Made by a program: the position numbers and the translations under genes. The notes beneath the pieces are model-generated. The model had not been told where the DNA came from. It saw only the letters and a program-made list of their open reading frames with translations, and made no database searches. Positions 10,107 to 17,028 of a DNA stretch of 32,000 nucleotides are shown piece by piece. The number at the start of each line of letters is the position of its first letter. Positions within the stretch are counted from its first letter, which is position 1. This DNA is from Erysipelotrichaceae bacterium OH741_COT-311 (GTDB lineage: Bacteria; Bacillota_I; Bacilli_A; Erysipelotrichales; Erysipelotrichaceae): contig RQZE01000011.1 in NCBI GenBank assembly GCA_003858585.1, positions 1 through 32,000 of the forward strand, in the 5' to 3' direction.

Positions 10107-10788
10107 GTTTAAAATAGCCTCCTTGGAATGTATCGGCTACAATGACACCGGATTCTAATACAATGGTACGTTTTTGGTGTTTATTTACCAATGCTTCATC
10201 ATGCGTAACCATTAAAATCGTCGTATTTTCTTCACGGTTAATTTTCTCTAATAACACCATGATTTCATCTGACTTTGTAGGATCAAGATTACCGGTAGGC
10301 TCATCGGCAATCAATACTTTTGGTTTATTCGCAATTGCTCGAGCAATCGCCACACGTTGTTGTTGACCACCACTTAATTCACTTGGAAAAGCATTACCTT
10401 TATCATCTAAACCAACTAAATTCATCACTTCACGCACACGTCGGCGTATGATATTTTTGGGTGCATCAATTACCTCTAAGGCATACGCAATGTTTTCAAA
10501 CACAGTCTTACGTTCTAACAAGCGATAATCTTGAAAGACAACTCCAATGTTACGACGATAAATGGGAACTTTTGAATGTTTTAATTTTCCTACATTAATC
10601 CCGGCCACAATCACACTACCCTTGCTAGGAATTTCTTCACCATCCAACAATTTAATTAACGTAGACTTCCCGGAGCCTGTAGGACCAATGATATACACAA
10701 ACTCACCCTGATGAATCGTTAAGTTTACTCCATTTAACGCCTTAACACCATTTTTATAAGCTTTTACCGCATCTTTTAACTCAATCAT
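10099..10788 (-). CDS. ftsE: Cell division ATP-binding protein FtsE
   Basis: Walker A GPTGSGKST, ABC signature LSGGQQQRVAIARA and Walker B VLIADEPTGNLD. At 229 aa it is immediately upstream of ftsX. Confidence 0.95.
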   Translation of the reverse strand: MIELKDAVKAYKNGVKALNGVNLTIHQGEFVYIIGPTGSGKSTLIKLLDGEEIPSKGSVIVAGINVGKLKHSKVPIYRRNIGVVFQDYRLLERKTVFENIAYALEVIDAPKNIIRRRVREVMNLVGLDDKGNAFPSELSGGQQQRVAIARAIANKPKVLIADEPTGNLDPTKSDEIMVLLEKINREENTTILMVTHDEALVNKHQKRTIVLESGVIVADTFQGGYFKHD

Positions 10789-10798
10789 AACTTACCTC

Positions 10799-11650
10799 TT
10801 ACATTCTAAACCCATAAGAGAATCCCTCTCCTCTTACTTCATTGGTCTCACTTGCAATGACAAACGCATTTCGATCAATTACATGTATCAAATTCAGTAA
10901 TGCTTGATACTCATCATGACCTACTACAACCAATATCACTTTTTTATCTTCTCCTGTAAAGCCACCTTTAGCATCACTAATGGTTGCCCCACGGTCTAAC
11001 TCTTTAATAATCGCTTCATTAATACGTGTATACTCGTTAGAGATAATTTGTACTGCCAATACCTTACGAGCATTAAACGACATCACTTTATCTATCCCAA
11101 AGGATACCGCAAAAACCGAAAGCAATCCAAGCAATACCGGCTGCATACCATAGATAAATAAACCAAAAATTACTGTTAAGGCATCAATCACAAAGACAAC
11201 CTTACTTACCGGAATACGAAAATAATGATGAATGATTAAGGCTGGAATATCCATACCACCGGTACTAGCTCCATTACGCACTACAATACCAATCCCAATT
11301 CCAACCAACAAGCCACCATATAAACTAGCCAAAATAGGCATAAGTTCAAACTGTAAATGTAAACGAGATAATATCGTTAAAAAAAGTGGAAATACAACAG
11401 TACTTACAATGGTCTTTAATGCAAAGGATTTTCCAAGTGTTAAAGAACCCAAAATAAATAAACCAATGACCAAACCATTAACTAACGTTGTTGTATCAAG
11501 CGGGATAAACACTTTTAATAAAATCGCAACCCCTGCACTACCACCCGTTAATATATTAAAGGGAATAATAAAAACCCCTACACCAAGTGCTAAAATAAAA
11601 TTACCAAGTAGGACAATCGCTATATCCTTGGCAAGTCTTCTAATCTTCAT
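10799..11650 (-). CDS. YitT family membrane protein with C-terminal DUF2179 domain
   Basis: 283 aa with a polytopic N-terminal part (GGSAGV / GASTGG motifs typical of the YitT DUF161 repeats). A soluble C-terminal domain of about 80 aa follows (RGATISDAKGGFTGEDKKVILVVV...). The stop is 10 nt before the ftsE start. Confidence 0.75.
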   Translation of the reverse strand: MKIRRLAKDIAIVLLGNFILALGVGVFIIPFNILTGGSAGVAILLKVFIPLDTTTLVNGLVIGLFILGSLTLGKSFALKTIVSTVVFPLFLTILSRLHLQFELMPILASLYGGLLVGIGIGIVVRNGASTGGMDIPALIIHHYFRIPVSKVVFVIDALTVIFGLFIYGMQPVLLGLLSVFAVSFGIDKVMSFNARKVLAVQIISNEYTRINEAIIKELDRGATISDAKGGFTGEDKKVILVVVGHDEYQALLNLIHVIDRNAFVIASETNEVRGEGFSYGFRM

Positions 11651-11667
11651 CTAATCACCTAGTTTCT

Positions 11668-11676
11668 ATTATACAC
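11668..11676 (-). promoter_or_regulatory. Candidate extended -10 element (TGTATAAT) for yitT-ftsEX operon
   Basis: The minus strand reads AGTGTATAATAGAAACTAGGTGATTAGATG, i.e. TGnTATAAT followed by SD AGGTGA and the yitT ATG. Confidence 0.4.
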
Positions 11677-11750
11677 TAATATCCCAGATAAACATCGGTT
11701 ATTTATGTGAAAGTATTATCACATTACTTAAAAATACTCTTAATGATTTA

Positions 11751-11759
11751 TGTTATAAT
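11751..11759 (+). promoter_or_regulatory. Candidate extended -10 element (TGTTATAAT) for the FemAB-family gene
   Basis: TGTTATAAT lies 17 nt upstream of the ATG at 11776, inside the GTG-initiated extension listed in the ORF track. Confidence 0.45.
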
Positions 11760-11775
11760 CATGTTGGTGAATACA

Positions 11776-12984
11776 ATGTTAAAATTTAAAATAAATATTT
11801 CAAAAGAAGAATACGATGCCTTTATAAATCAGCATCCTTTTAATAACTTACTACAAAGTTATCGTTGGGGAATTGTAAAAAATCAAAGCTTTACCCCCTA
11901 CTATTTAGGTCTATATAAAGATGAACAACTCATCGCAACTGCATTATTATTAACTAAAAAAATCTTACGCTTCTTTACGATGTTTTACATTTGTAAAGGT
12001 CCTTTGTTCTTAAATTACGAAGAAGAAAGCTTTGCCTTTTTTCAAAAAGAATTAAAGCATTTCGCAAGAAAAAAACAAGCCATCTTAATTAAAATTGCCC
12101 CTGCAGAAATACTATGTACTTATAAACCCAATGAAGAAGAATGTAAAGAACATCCTTATCAATTTTTAGATACCTTATACAAGAAACACCACTACATCAC
12201 AAACCCGTTATCGAAAGATTTAAACGCAACCATTGAACCACGCATTACCATGGTGACAGATTTAACAAAGGAACCTTTATTAAAAGGATTTCATTCTTCT
12301 GTGAAATCATCGATTAAACTATGTGAAAAACACTGTGTCGAAATCATGGAAAGTGATGATTTACATATTTTTTATGACTTAATGGTTCAAACCGGTAAAC
12401 GTGATGCCTTTAACATTCGACCATATAGTTACTTTAGGCACCTAAAAGATAGTTTACAAGAACAATGTAAATTGTTTTATGCCCGTTTGAATATTCCCAA
12501 AGAATATCATCAACTACAAACGATGCTGAAACAATTTAAACAACGACTATCCATAATCAATGATTCTACTCATCATGAATGTAAAGACTTAAACGATCAA
12601 ATCATAAAAACTGAAAACCTCTTAGAACAAATACTCCCTTACTATGAAAAAAACATCGATTATCTTTATCTATCAAGTGCTTTAATGACCTACCAAGGAA
12701 ACATCAGCTATTATCTATATGCTGCAAGCAACAATGAAGTACGAGGTATTAATGCTTCTAGTTACTTAGTTTATCAAACCATGCTGGATAGTCAAAAAAA
12801 CGGCTATCATTACTACGATTTTGGTGGAGTAAGTGGATATCAAACAAAAGAAGAAGATCCACATCACTATGGCTTATATGAATTTAAGCGTAAGTTTAAT
12901 ACTCAATACTATTGTCGTTTCATGGAATATAACTACAGCAATCCCTTATTCTTAGCGATTTTAAAGGCAATGGGTAAGATTTAA
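11776..12984 (+). CDS. FemAB-family aminoacyl-tRNA-dependent peptidoglycan interpeptide-bridge transferase (FemX/MurM-like)
   Basis: The N-terminus F..QHPFNNLLQSYRWG, a central coiled-coil insertion (KEYHQLQTMLKQFKQRL...) and the C-terminal YYDFGGV...GLYEFKRKF fit the FemAB fold family. The ORF-track start (GTG at 11707) adds a hydrophobic 23-aa extension that contains the likely promoter, so the ATG at 11776 is preferred. Confidence 0.8.
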   Translation: MLKFKINISKEEYDAFINQHPFNNLLQSYRWGIVKNQSFTPYYLGLYKDEQLIATALLLTKKILRFFTMFYICKGPLFLNYEEESFAFFQKELKHFARKKQAILIKIAPAEILCTYKPNEEECKEHPYQFLDTLYKKHHYITNPLSKDLNATIEPRITMVTDLTKEPLLKGFHSSVKSSIKLCEKHCVEIMESDDLHIFYDLMVQTGKRDAFNIRPYSYFRHLKDSLQEQCKLFYARLNIPKEYHQLQTMLKQFKQRLSIINDSTHHECKDLNDQIIKTENLLEQILPYYEKNIDYLYLSSALMTYQGNISYYLYAASNNEVRGINASSYLVYQTMLDSQKNGYHYYDFGGVSGYQTKEEDPHHYGLYEFKRKFNTQYYCRFMEYNYSNPLFLAILKAMGKI

Positions 12985-13034
12985 TGAATCTTTGTCTATA
13001 AAATATGATAAAATGTAAGTGAGGAGGATATATC

Positions 13035-13358
13035 ATGAAATTAGTTTTAGCAATCGTATCAAATGATGATAGTTCAAGTGTATCTTCAGCTTTAACAAAA
13101 GCCAATTATCAAGTTACAAAACTTGCGACAACAGGTGGATTTTTAAAGGCAGGAAATACCACTATGATTGTAGGGATTGAAGATGACAAGGTTGAAGATG
13201 TCATTCGTATTATCGGTGAACAATCAAAACGTCGTACTGAAATTGTTCCATCAACCGCTTCTTATGATATTGGTAGATATGCCTCATTCCCTGTTGAAGT
13301 ACAAGTAGGTGGTGCTACCATATTTGTTCTTGAAGTCTCACAATTTTTAAAACTATAA
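13035..13358 (+). CDS. darA: PII-like cyclic-di-AMP receptor DarA/PstA (YaaQ/DUF970)
   Basis: 107 aa. MKLVLAIVSNDD...VTKLATTGGFLKAGNTTMIVGIED...PVEVQVGGATIFVLEV matches my recollection of B. subtilis YaaQ closely (TKLATTGGFLK.GNTT, VGGATVFVL). SD GAGGAGG lies upstream. Confidence 0.85.
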   Translation: MKLVLAIVSNDDSSSVSSALTKANYQVTKLATTGGFLKAGNTTMIVGIEDDKVEDVIRIIGEQSKRRTEIVPSTASYDIGRYASFPVEVQVGGATIFVLEVSQFLKL

Positions 13359-13369
13359 TAAAAGTTAAG

Positions 13370-13398
13370 GTTGTAAATCTTTTTACAACTTTTTCTTT
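13370..13398 (+). terminator. Rho-independent terminator after darA (AT-rich stem)
   Basis: GTTGTAAA-TCTT-TTTACAAC stem-loop followed by TTTTTCTTT. Confidence 0.55.
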
Positions 13399-13412
13399 CC
13401 ACAGGAGGATTT

Positions 13413-14363
13413 ATGCCCTTTACCATTATAAGAAATGACTTAGTCAACATGCAGGTCGATGCCATTGTTAGCTCAAGCGATGAACAATTAAGCAAAAACG
13501 GATGGCTCAACGCTAAACTACACGATGTTGCAGGCCAAGAATTACTGGAAGCTTGTAAACATTTAAAACCATGTAAGATTGGAGAAGTAAAAGTTACTTC
13601 AGGTTATCAGTTACCGGCAAACTACATCTTTTTTACTGTTACACCTTTTTATCATGCAAGCTCGACGTATGAAGAACAGTTAAAACAATGTTATACCACA
13701 TGTTTGAAAGAAGCACTTCATCGCAATCTTGCTTCGATTGCCTTTCCTTTGCTGGCTACCGGTGCCAATCAATGCCCAAAAGAACTATCCTTAACCCTAG
13801 CGTTGCGTGTCTTTAGTGATTTTCTTATGAAACATGAATTAGATATTTACTTAGTCGTCTACGATGAAGATGCCTTTCAAGTATCGAATAAACTTTTCCC
13901 TGTACAAGAATATATTGACAATCACTATCTGGAACAAGCAAAGACCTATCTTACTTCTCGTATTGAAAGACCTTATGTTTTCAATGAAGAGGCAAGCGTC
14001 CAACACTTTGTTAAGCAGCTTCTTCAAGATAGTTTCTCTTTAACCTTAATGCAACTTATCAAAGAAAAAAAGATGGAACCAAAAGAAGTTTATAAACGAG
14101 CAAACATCGATCGTAAACTCTTTTCCAAGATAAAAAATGATGTTCACTATCGTCCTAGTAAACCAACCGTAGTAGCCTTTGCGATTGCCTTAAAACTTAA
14201 CTTAGAAGAAACCAAACACCTTCTACAAAGTGCAGGCTATGCCCTATCTTACAGTTATATCTTTGATATTATTATTGAATATTACATTACACAAGAAATC
14301 TATGATATTTTTGAAATCAATGAAGCTCTCTTCTATTTTGATCAAACGTTATTAGGTTTTTAA
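13413..14363 (+). CDS. Macro-domain protein fused to a C-terminal XRE-type HTH domain; macro ligand-binding loops are degenerate
   Basis: The N-terminus MPFTIIRNDLVNMQVDAIVSSS... and IAFPLLATGANQCP follow the macro-domain pattern (DAIVNAAN ... IAFPxIxTGxxGxP). A C-terminal HTH-like segment reads LTLMQLIKEKKMEPKEVYKRANIDRKLFSKIKND...PSKPTVVAFAIALKLNLEETKHLL. SD AGGAGG lies upstream. Confidence 0.65.
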   Translation: MPFTIIRNDLVNMQVDAIVSSSDEQLSKNGWLNAKLHDVAGQELLEACKHLKPCKIGEVKVTSGYQLPANYIFFTVTPFYHASSTYEEQLKQCYTTCLKEALHRNLASIAFPLLATGANQCPKELSLTLALRVFSDFLMKHELDIYLVVYDEDAFQVSNKLFPVQEYIDNHYLEQAKTYLTSRIERPYVFNEEASVQHFVKQLLQDSFSLTLMQLIKEKKMEPKEVYKRANIDRKLFSKIKNDVHYRPSKPTVVAFAIALKLNLEETKHLLQSAGYALSYSYIFDIIIEYYITQEIYDIFEINEALFYFDQTLLGF

Positions 14364-14364
14364 A

Positions 14365-14396
14365 AGGTCGCTTAACAAACGACCTTTTTTCTTTTT
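14365..14396 (+). terminator. Weak rho-independent terminator after the macro-HTH gene
   Basis: 6-bp stem AGGTCG/CGACCT with a 9-nt loop, followed by TTTTTCTTTTT. The short stem and large loop suggest leaky termination. Confidence 0.5.
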
Positions 14397-14432
14397 CACA
14401 GCGCTATACTATAAACACTAGGAGGTATGAAT

Positions 14433-15077
14433 ATGAAACAAAAACACATGGAACTCATCTTTATCTTAGATTGTAGCGGATCAATGGACGGACTACAAGA
14501 ACAAACGATCAAGGGGTTCAACGATATGATACTAAAGCAAAAAGAATGTGAAGGAGACGTATATGTTACAACCGTACTGTTTAACGATCAAGTCAAAAAA
14601 CTCCATAACGCCATCCCTTTAAAGGAACTACAACCACTAACAGAAAAAGACTATCAGGTATCCGGATACACTGCATTATTAGATGCGGTAGGACAAACGA
14701 TCTTAAGCATGATCCAGCGTCAAAAACATGCACAATCGGATAAACGTGCCGATAAAGTCATGTTTATTATCACAACCGATGGTATGGAAAATGCCAGTCG
14801 TGAATTTACGTATGCAAGTTTAAAACGACTTATTAATGCTCAAAAAACAAACTATCAATGGGAATTTATCTTTCTAGGTGCAAACATTGATGCGGAAGAA
14901 ACTGCGATGAAATTTGGTATCAACAGAAATCGTACAAGTAATTTTATCAGTGATAGTAAAGGGACAACCTTAAATTATCGTGTATTAAGTGAAACAATAA
15001 AACACTATCGTAAAACTTGTCAAGTAAAAGAAAACTGGAACGAAGAAATCAAAGAAGATTATAATAATCGCACTTAA
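14433..15077 (+). CDS. Small cytosolic von Willebrand factor A (vWA) domain protein with complete MIDAS motif
   Basis: MIDAS residues: LDCSGSMDG (DxSxS), SGYTALLDA (Thr) and IITTDGMEN (Asp). There is no signal peptide or TM helix. The ORF-track ATG at 14427 is only 1 nt from AGGAGG (14420-14425); the ATG at 14433 has 7-nt spacing and is preferred. Confidence 0.8.
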   Translation: MKQKHMELIFILDCSGSMDGLQEQTIKGFNDMILKQKECEGDVYVTTVLFNDQVKKLHNAIPLKELQPLTEKDYQVSGYTALLDAVGQTILSMIQRQKHAQSDKRADKVMFIITTDGMENASREFTYASLKRLINAQKTNYQWEFIFLGANIDAEETAMKFGINRNRTSNFISDSKGTTLNYRVLSETIKHYRKTCQVKENWNEEIKEDYNNRT

Positions 15078-15094
15078 TGTTAAAAAGAAACTTT

Positions 15095-15116
15095 ATTTCT
15101 ATACTATAATAGAAAT
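15095..15116 (+). repeat. Perfect 8-bp inverted repeat ATTTCTAT-N6-ATAGAAAT immediately upstream of the alaX-like SD
   Basis: Read directly from the sequence. The spacer and right arm contain TATAAT (15105-15110). The left arm can alternatively pair with AGAAA at 15086-15090. SD GAGGTG begins at 15118. Confidence 0.5.
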
Positions 15117-15128
15117 AGAGGTGAGAAG

Positions 15129-16247
15129 ATGACAAGACAATATGATGATTTCTTAAAGTTACAATGCAATACTACAATTAAAGAGGAACAAGATGGCTAC
15201 TATGCCTTTGAAGAAACCATCTTTTATGGTGAAAAAGGTGGTGCATTAAGTGATGAAGGATGGATCAATCAACAACCTGTTGTTGATTTAAAATGGATCA
15301 ACGATACCCTTTACCATAAGGTAGATGGTACCTTAGAAAATCCCATTCACATGGAAGTAAACAAAGATACTCGCTATATCAATACTGCCGTGCAAAGTGC
15401 TTTACATATTATGGATGGATACTATGAAAAAAGAGGTTTACGTATTTTAGCCATCGGAGTTCATCCAAATAATCAATGGTATGAAGTAGATAGCAAAGAG
15501 ATTGATGAAACACATTTACAAGAAGTACAAGCGTTTATGAATACCATCATTCGTAATCCAATTAAAACGGAATTTCAGTATATCAAAGGAAATGAATATC
15601 CCGATGAGCGTTATCAAAAGTTTGATGAAGTTCGTCTTGTAAAGTTTGCGGATATCAACACACAACCGTGTGGTACTCTTCACTTAGAAAATACATCTCA
15701 AATCGAAAGTTTTGTAGTCTTAGATTATGAAAAAACATCACGTGGCACACGTATCTTTATTACATGTAATGCGGTTACAAACCAACGTTTAAAAGACTAT
15801 CATCAATTGCTTAAACGTATCAGCCAAACATTAAGTGTACCTAAAGAAGAAATAGAAACCAATATAGGACATATCTTATCAACAAGTAAAACCCTTAAAA
15901 AAGAAGTAGATACTTTAAAAAAAGAACTGCTGACTTATAAAGCAAAAGAACTATTAAACAAGCAAGAAGTCTTTTTATACTATGACACCAAAGATCCAAA
16001 TGAACTACGTACCATCGCTTCTACGATTCTAAATCAAATTCAACAAGACACCATTCTTTATACTATCATACAAAATGAACTTCACTTTGCCTTATTATCC
16101 ATCCATGATCAAGCTCGATTGTATTTGGAAGAACTTAAAAAAGCAGCTGAAACAACAGGTGGAGGTTCTTTAAAAATTGTTACAGGAAAAACACAACTAT
16201 CAAAAGAAGCTTTTGTAAGCATTCTTACTGACTGTATGAAAAAATAA
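15129..16247 (+). CDS. AlaX-type (AlaX-L-like) alanyl-tRNA editing-domain protein with C-terminal DHHA1/C-Ala-like domain
   Basis: N-terminal FYGEKGGALSDEG (compare FYPxGGGQPxDxG). The editing-core motifs are QSALH (at the canonical HxxxH position) and CGTLH (CxxxH). The C-terminal glycine motif is TTGGGSLKIVTGKT. Confidence 0.75.
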   Translation: MTRQYDDFLKLQCNTTIKEEQDGYYAFEETIFYGEKGGALSDEGWINQQPVVDLKWINDTLYHKVDGTLENPIHMEVNKDTRYINTAVQSALHIMDGYYEKRGLRILAIGVHPNNQWYEVDSKEIDETHLQEVQAFMNTIIRNPIKTEFQYIKGNEYPDERYQKFDEVRLVKFADINTQPCGTLHLENTSQIESFVVLDYEKTSRGTRIFITCNAVTNQRLKDYHQLLKRISQTLSVPKEEIETNIGHILSTSKTLKKEVDTLKKELLTYKAKELLNKQEVFLYYDTKDPNELRTIASTILNQIQQDTILYTIIQNELHFALLSIHDQARLYLEELKKAAETTGGGSLKIVTGKTQLSKEAFVSILTDCMKK

Positions 16248-16271
16248 CAGAGACATCTCTGTTATTTTTTA
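16239..16271. terminator. Bidirectional rho-independent terminator shared by the convergent alaX-like and sseB-like genes
   Basis: AAAAAA-TAACAGAG-ACAT-CTCTGTTA-TTTTTT. It is a perfect 8-bp stem flanked by an A-run and a T-run. Both stop codons (TAA at 16245-16247 on plus, TAA at 16264-16262 on minus) lie inside the stem arms. Confidence 0.8.
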
Positions 16272-16987
16272 TAAAACAATTCACTTTGTTTTGCCAATAA
16301 TAAAGCTTGTGGACCATAATAATTTAATAAAACATAAGGCTTGCCATGTAACAAAGGCTCTACAACACGTTGAATGCGTTTAAACAATAAATCTTCTTTA
16401 ATATTAGAAAACTCTACAATAATATTATAACCATGACCCGTATTTTGAAGATAGGCTTTCTTTACAAAACTGTTACGCTTAAATAACGTTATTAAAGCTT
16501 CTTTTATTTTTCTATCTTGATTTTCTTCTACATAATCAACAGAAGCATCATCTAAATCATCTTCTTTTAATCTTTGTAAAGCATTACGAGTAATAATCAT
16601 ATTCTCATTACGTGGATTGATCACTAAACCCTTGACTTCTTCTTTGTTCTGTAAAATAAGTGTTATATACATCTTCCATGTTGTAACAATCGGAAATGGC
16701 TTTTTCATAGCGTGAAACCATTCTTCAAACTGTTGATAATCGGTAAAAACAGGCAAATAAATATCTTCTTGATTGTTTCTTAAAATTGAGAAATTTACTT
16801 TAGTCTGTTCATCAATGACATAATTACCATGACTATCTTTCATCGGTTCTTCTTCAAACATAACCGGTGTAATAAAATGAGCTTCTTTGATTGCTTCAAA
16901 CAATAAATCCTCTGACTCTAATGTCATTTCTTCTCTTAAACGCTGTATCGCTTCGATTAAATGTTGATTCCTGATGGGTAAATTCAT
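16262..16987 (-). CDS. SseB family protein (function unknown)
   Basis: 241 aa. The pattern LPVFTDYQQFEEW...GLVINP and the two-domain layout resemble the SseB N- and C-terminal domains. This is recognition from memory, not a search. SD AAGGAG lies 6 nt upstream. Confidence 0.5.
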   Translation of the reverse strand: MNLPIRNQHLIEAIQRLREEMTLESEDLLFEAIKEAHFITPVMFEEEPMKDSHGNYVIDEQTKVNFSILRNNQEDIYLPVFTDYQQFEEWFHAMKKPFPIVTTWKMYITLILQNKEEVKGLVINPRNENMIITRNALQRLKEDDLDDASVDYVEENQDRKIKEALITLFKRNSFVKKAYLQNTGHGYNIIVEFSNIKEDLLFKRIQRVVEPLLHGKPYVLLNYYGPQALLLAKQSELFYKK

Positions 16988-17002
16988 AATGTTCTCCTTA
17001 TC

Positions 17003-17028
17003 AAATAAAAATGATGCCTAGGCATCAT
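17003..17028 (-). terminator. Hairpin or terminator overlapping the 3' end of the GT4 gene, directly upstream of the sseB-like SD
   Basis: Perfect 18-nt palindrome ATGATGCCTAGGCATCAT followed on the minus strand by TTTTATTTG. The GT4 TAG stop is at the centre of the palindrome. Confidence 0.65.

Noticed and set aside
11232-11654. 140-aa plus-strand ORF antisense to yitT. Similar long antisense ORFs occur at 28606-29046 (146 aa, inside the pyrophosphatase gene), 26296-26694 (132 aa, inside upp), 1996-2358 (120 aa, inside the PASTA gene) and 22347-22655 (102 aa, inside atpA).
   Set aside because: Each lies entirely within a well-supported gene on the opposite strand. They have no SD or promoter context and translate to low-complexity or compositionally odd peptides (e.g. 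PIPIPTNKPP). They are most simply shadow ORFs of strongly codon-biased genes. Ribosome profiling would be needed to argue otherwise.
11707-11775. GTG-initiated 23-codon N-terminal extension of the FemAB-family ORF (MKVLSHYLKILLMIYVIIMLVNT)
   Set aside because: The extension contains a TGTTATAAT extended -10 element and has no SD. FemAB proteins are cytoplasmic and begin near the ...F..QHP...LQS..W motif. The ATG at 11776 is preferred.
13413-15077. Macro-domain gene as the antitoxin of a DarTG-like ADP-ribosyltransferase toxin-antitoxin pair
   Set aside because: No DarT-like or other ADP-ribosyltransferase ORF is adjacent. The neighbour is a vWA protein, and the macro catalytic loops look degenerate, which argues against a hydrolase antitoxin.
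15105-15110. TATAAT inside the inverted repeat, considered as the alaX-like promoter -10
   Set aside because: A start site about 7 nt downstream would fall on the SD itself (15118-15123), leaving no usable leader. No -35 or TG extension is present. It is reported only as part of the inverted-repeat observation.
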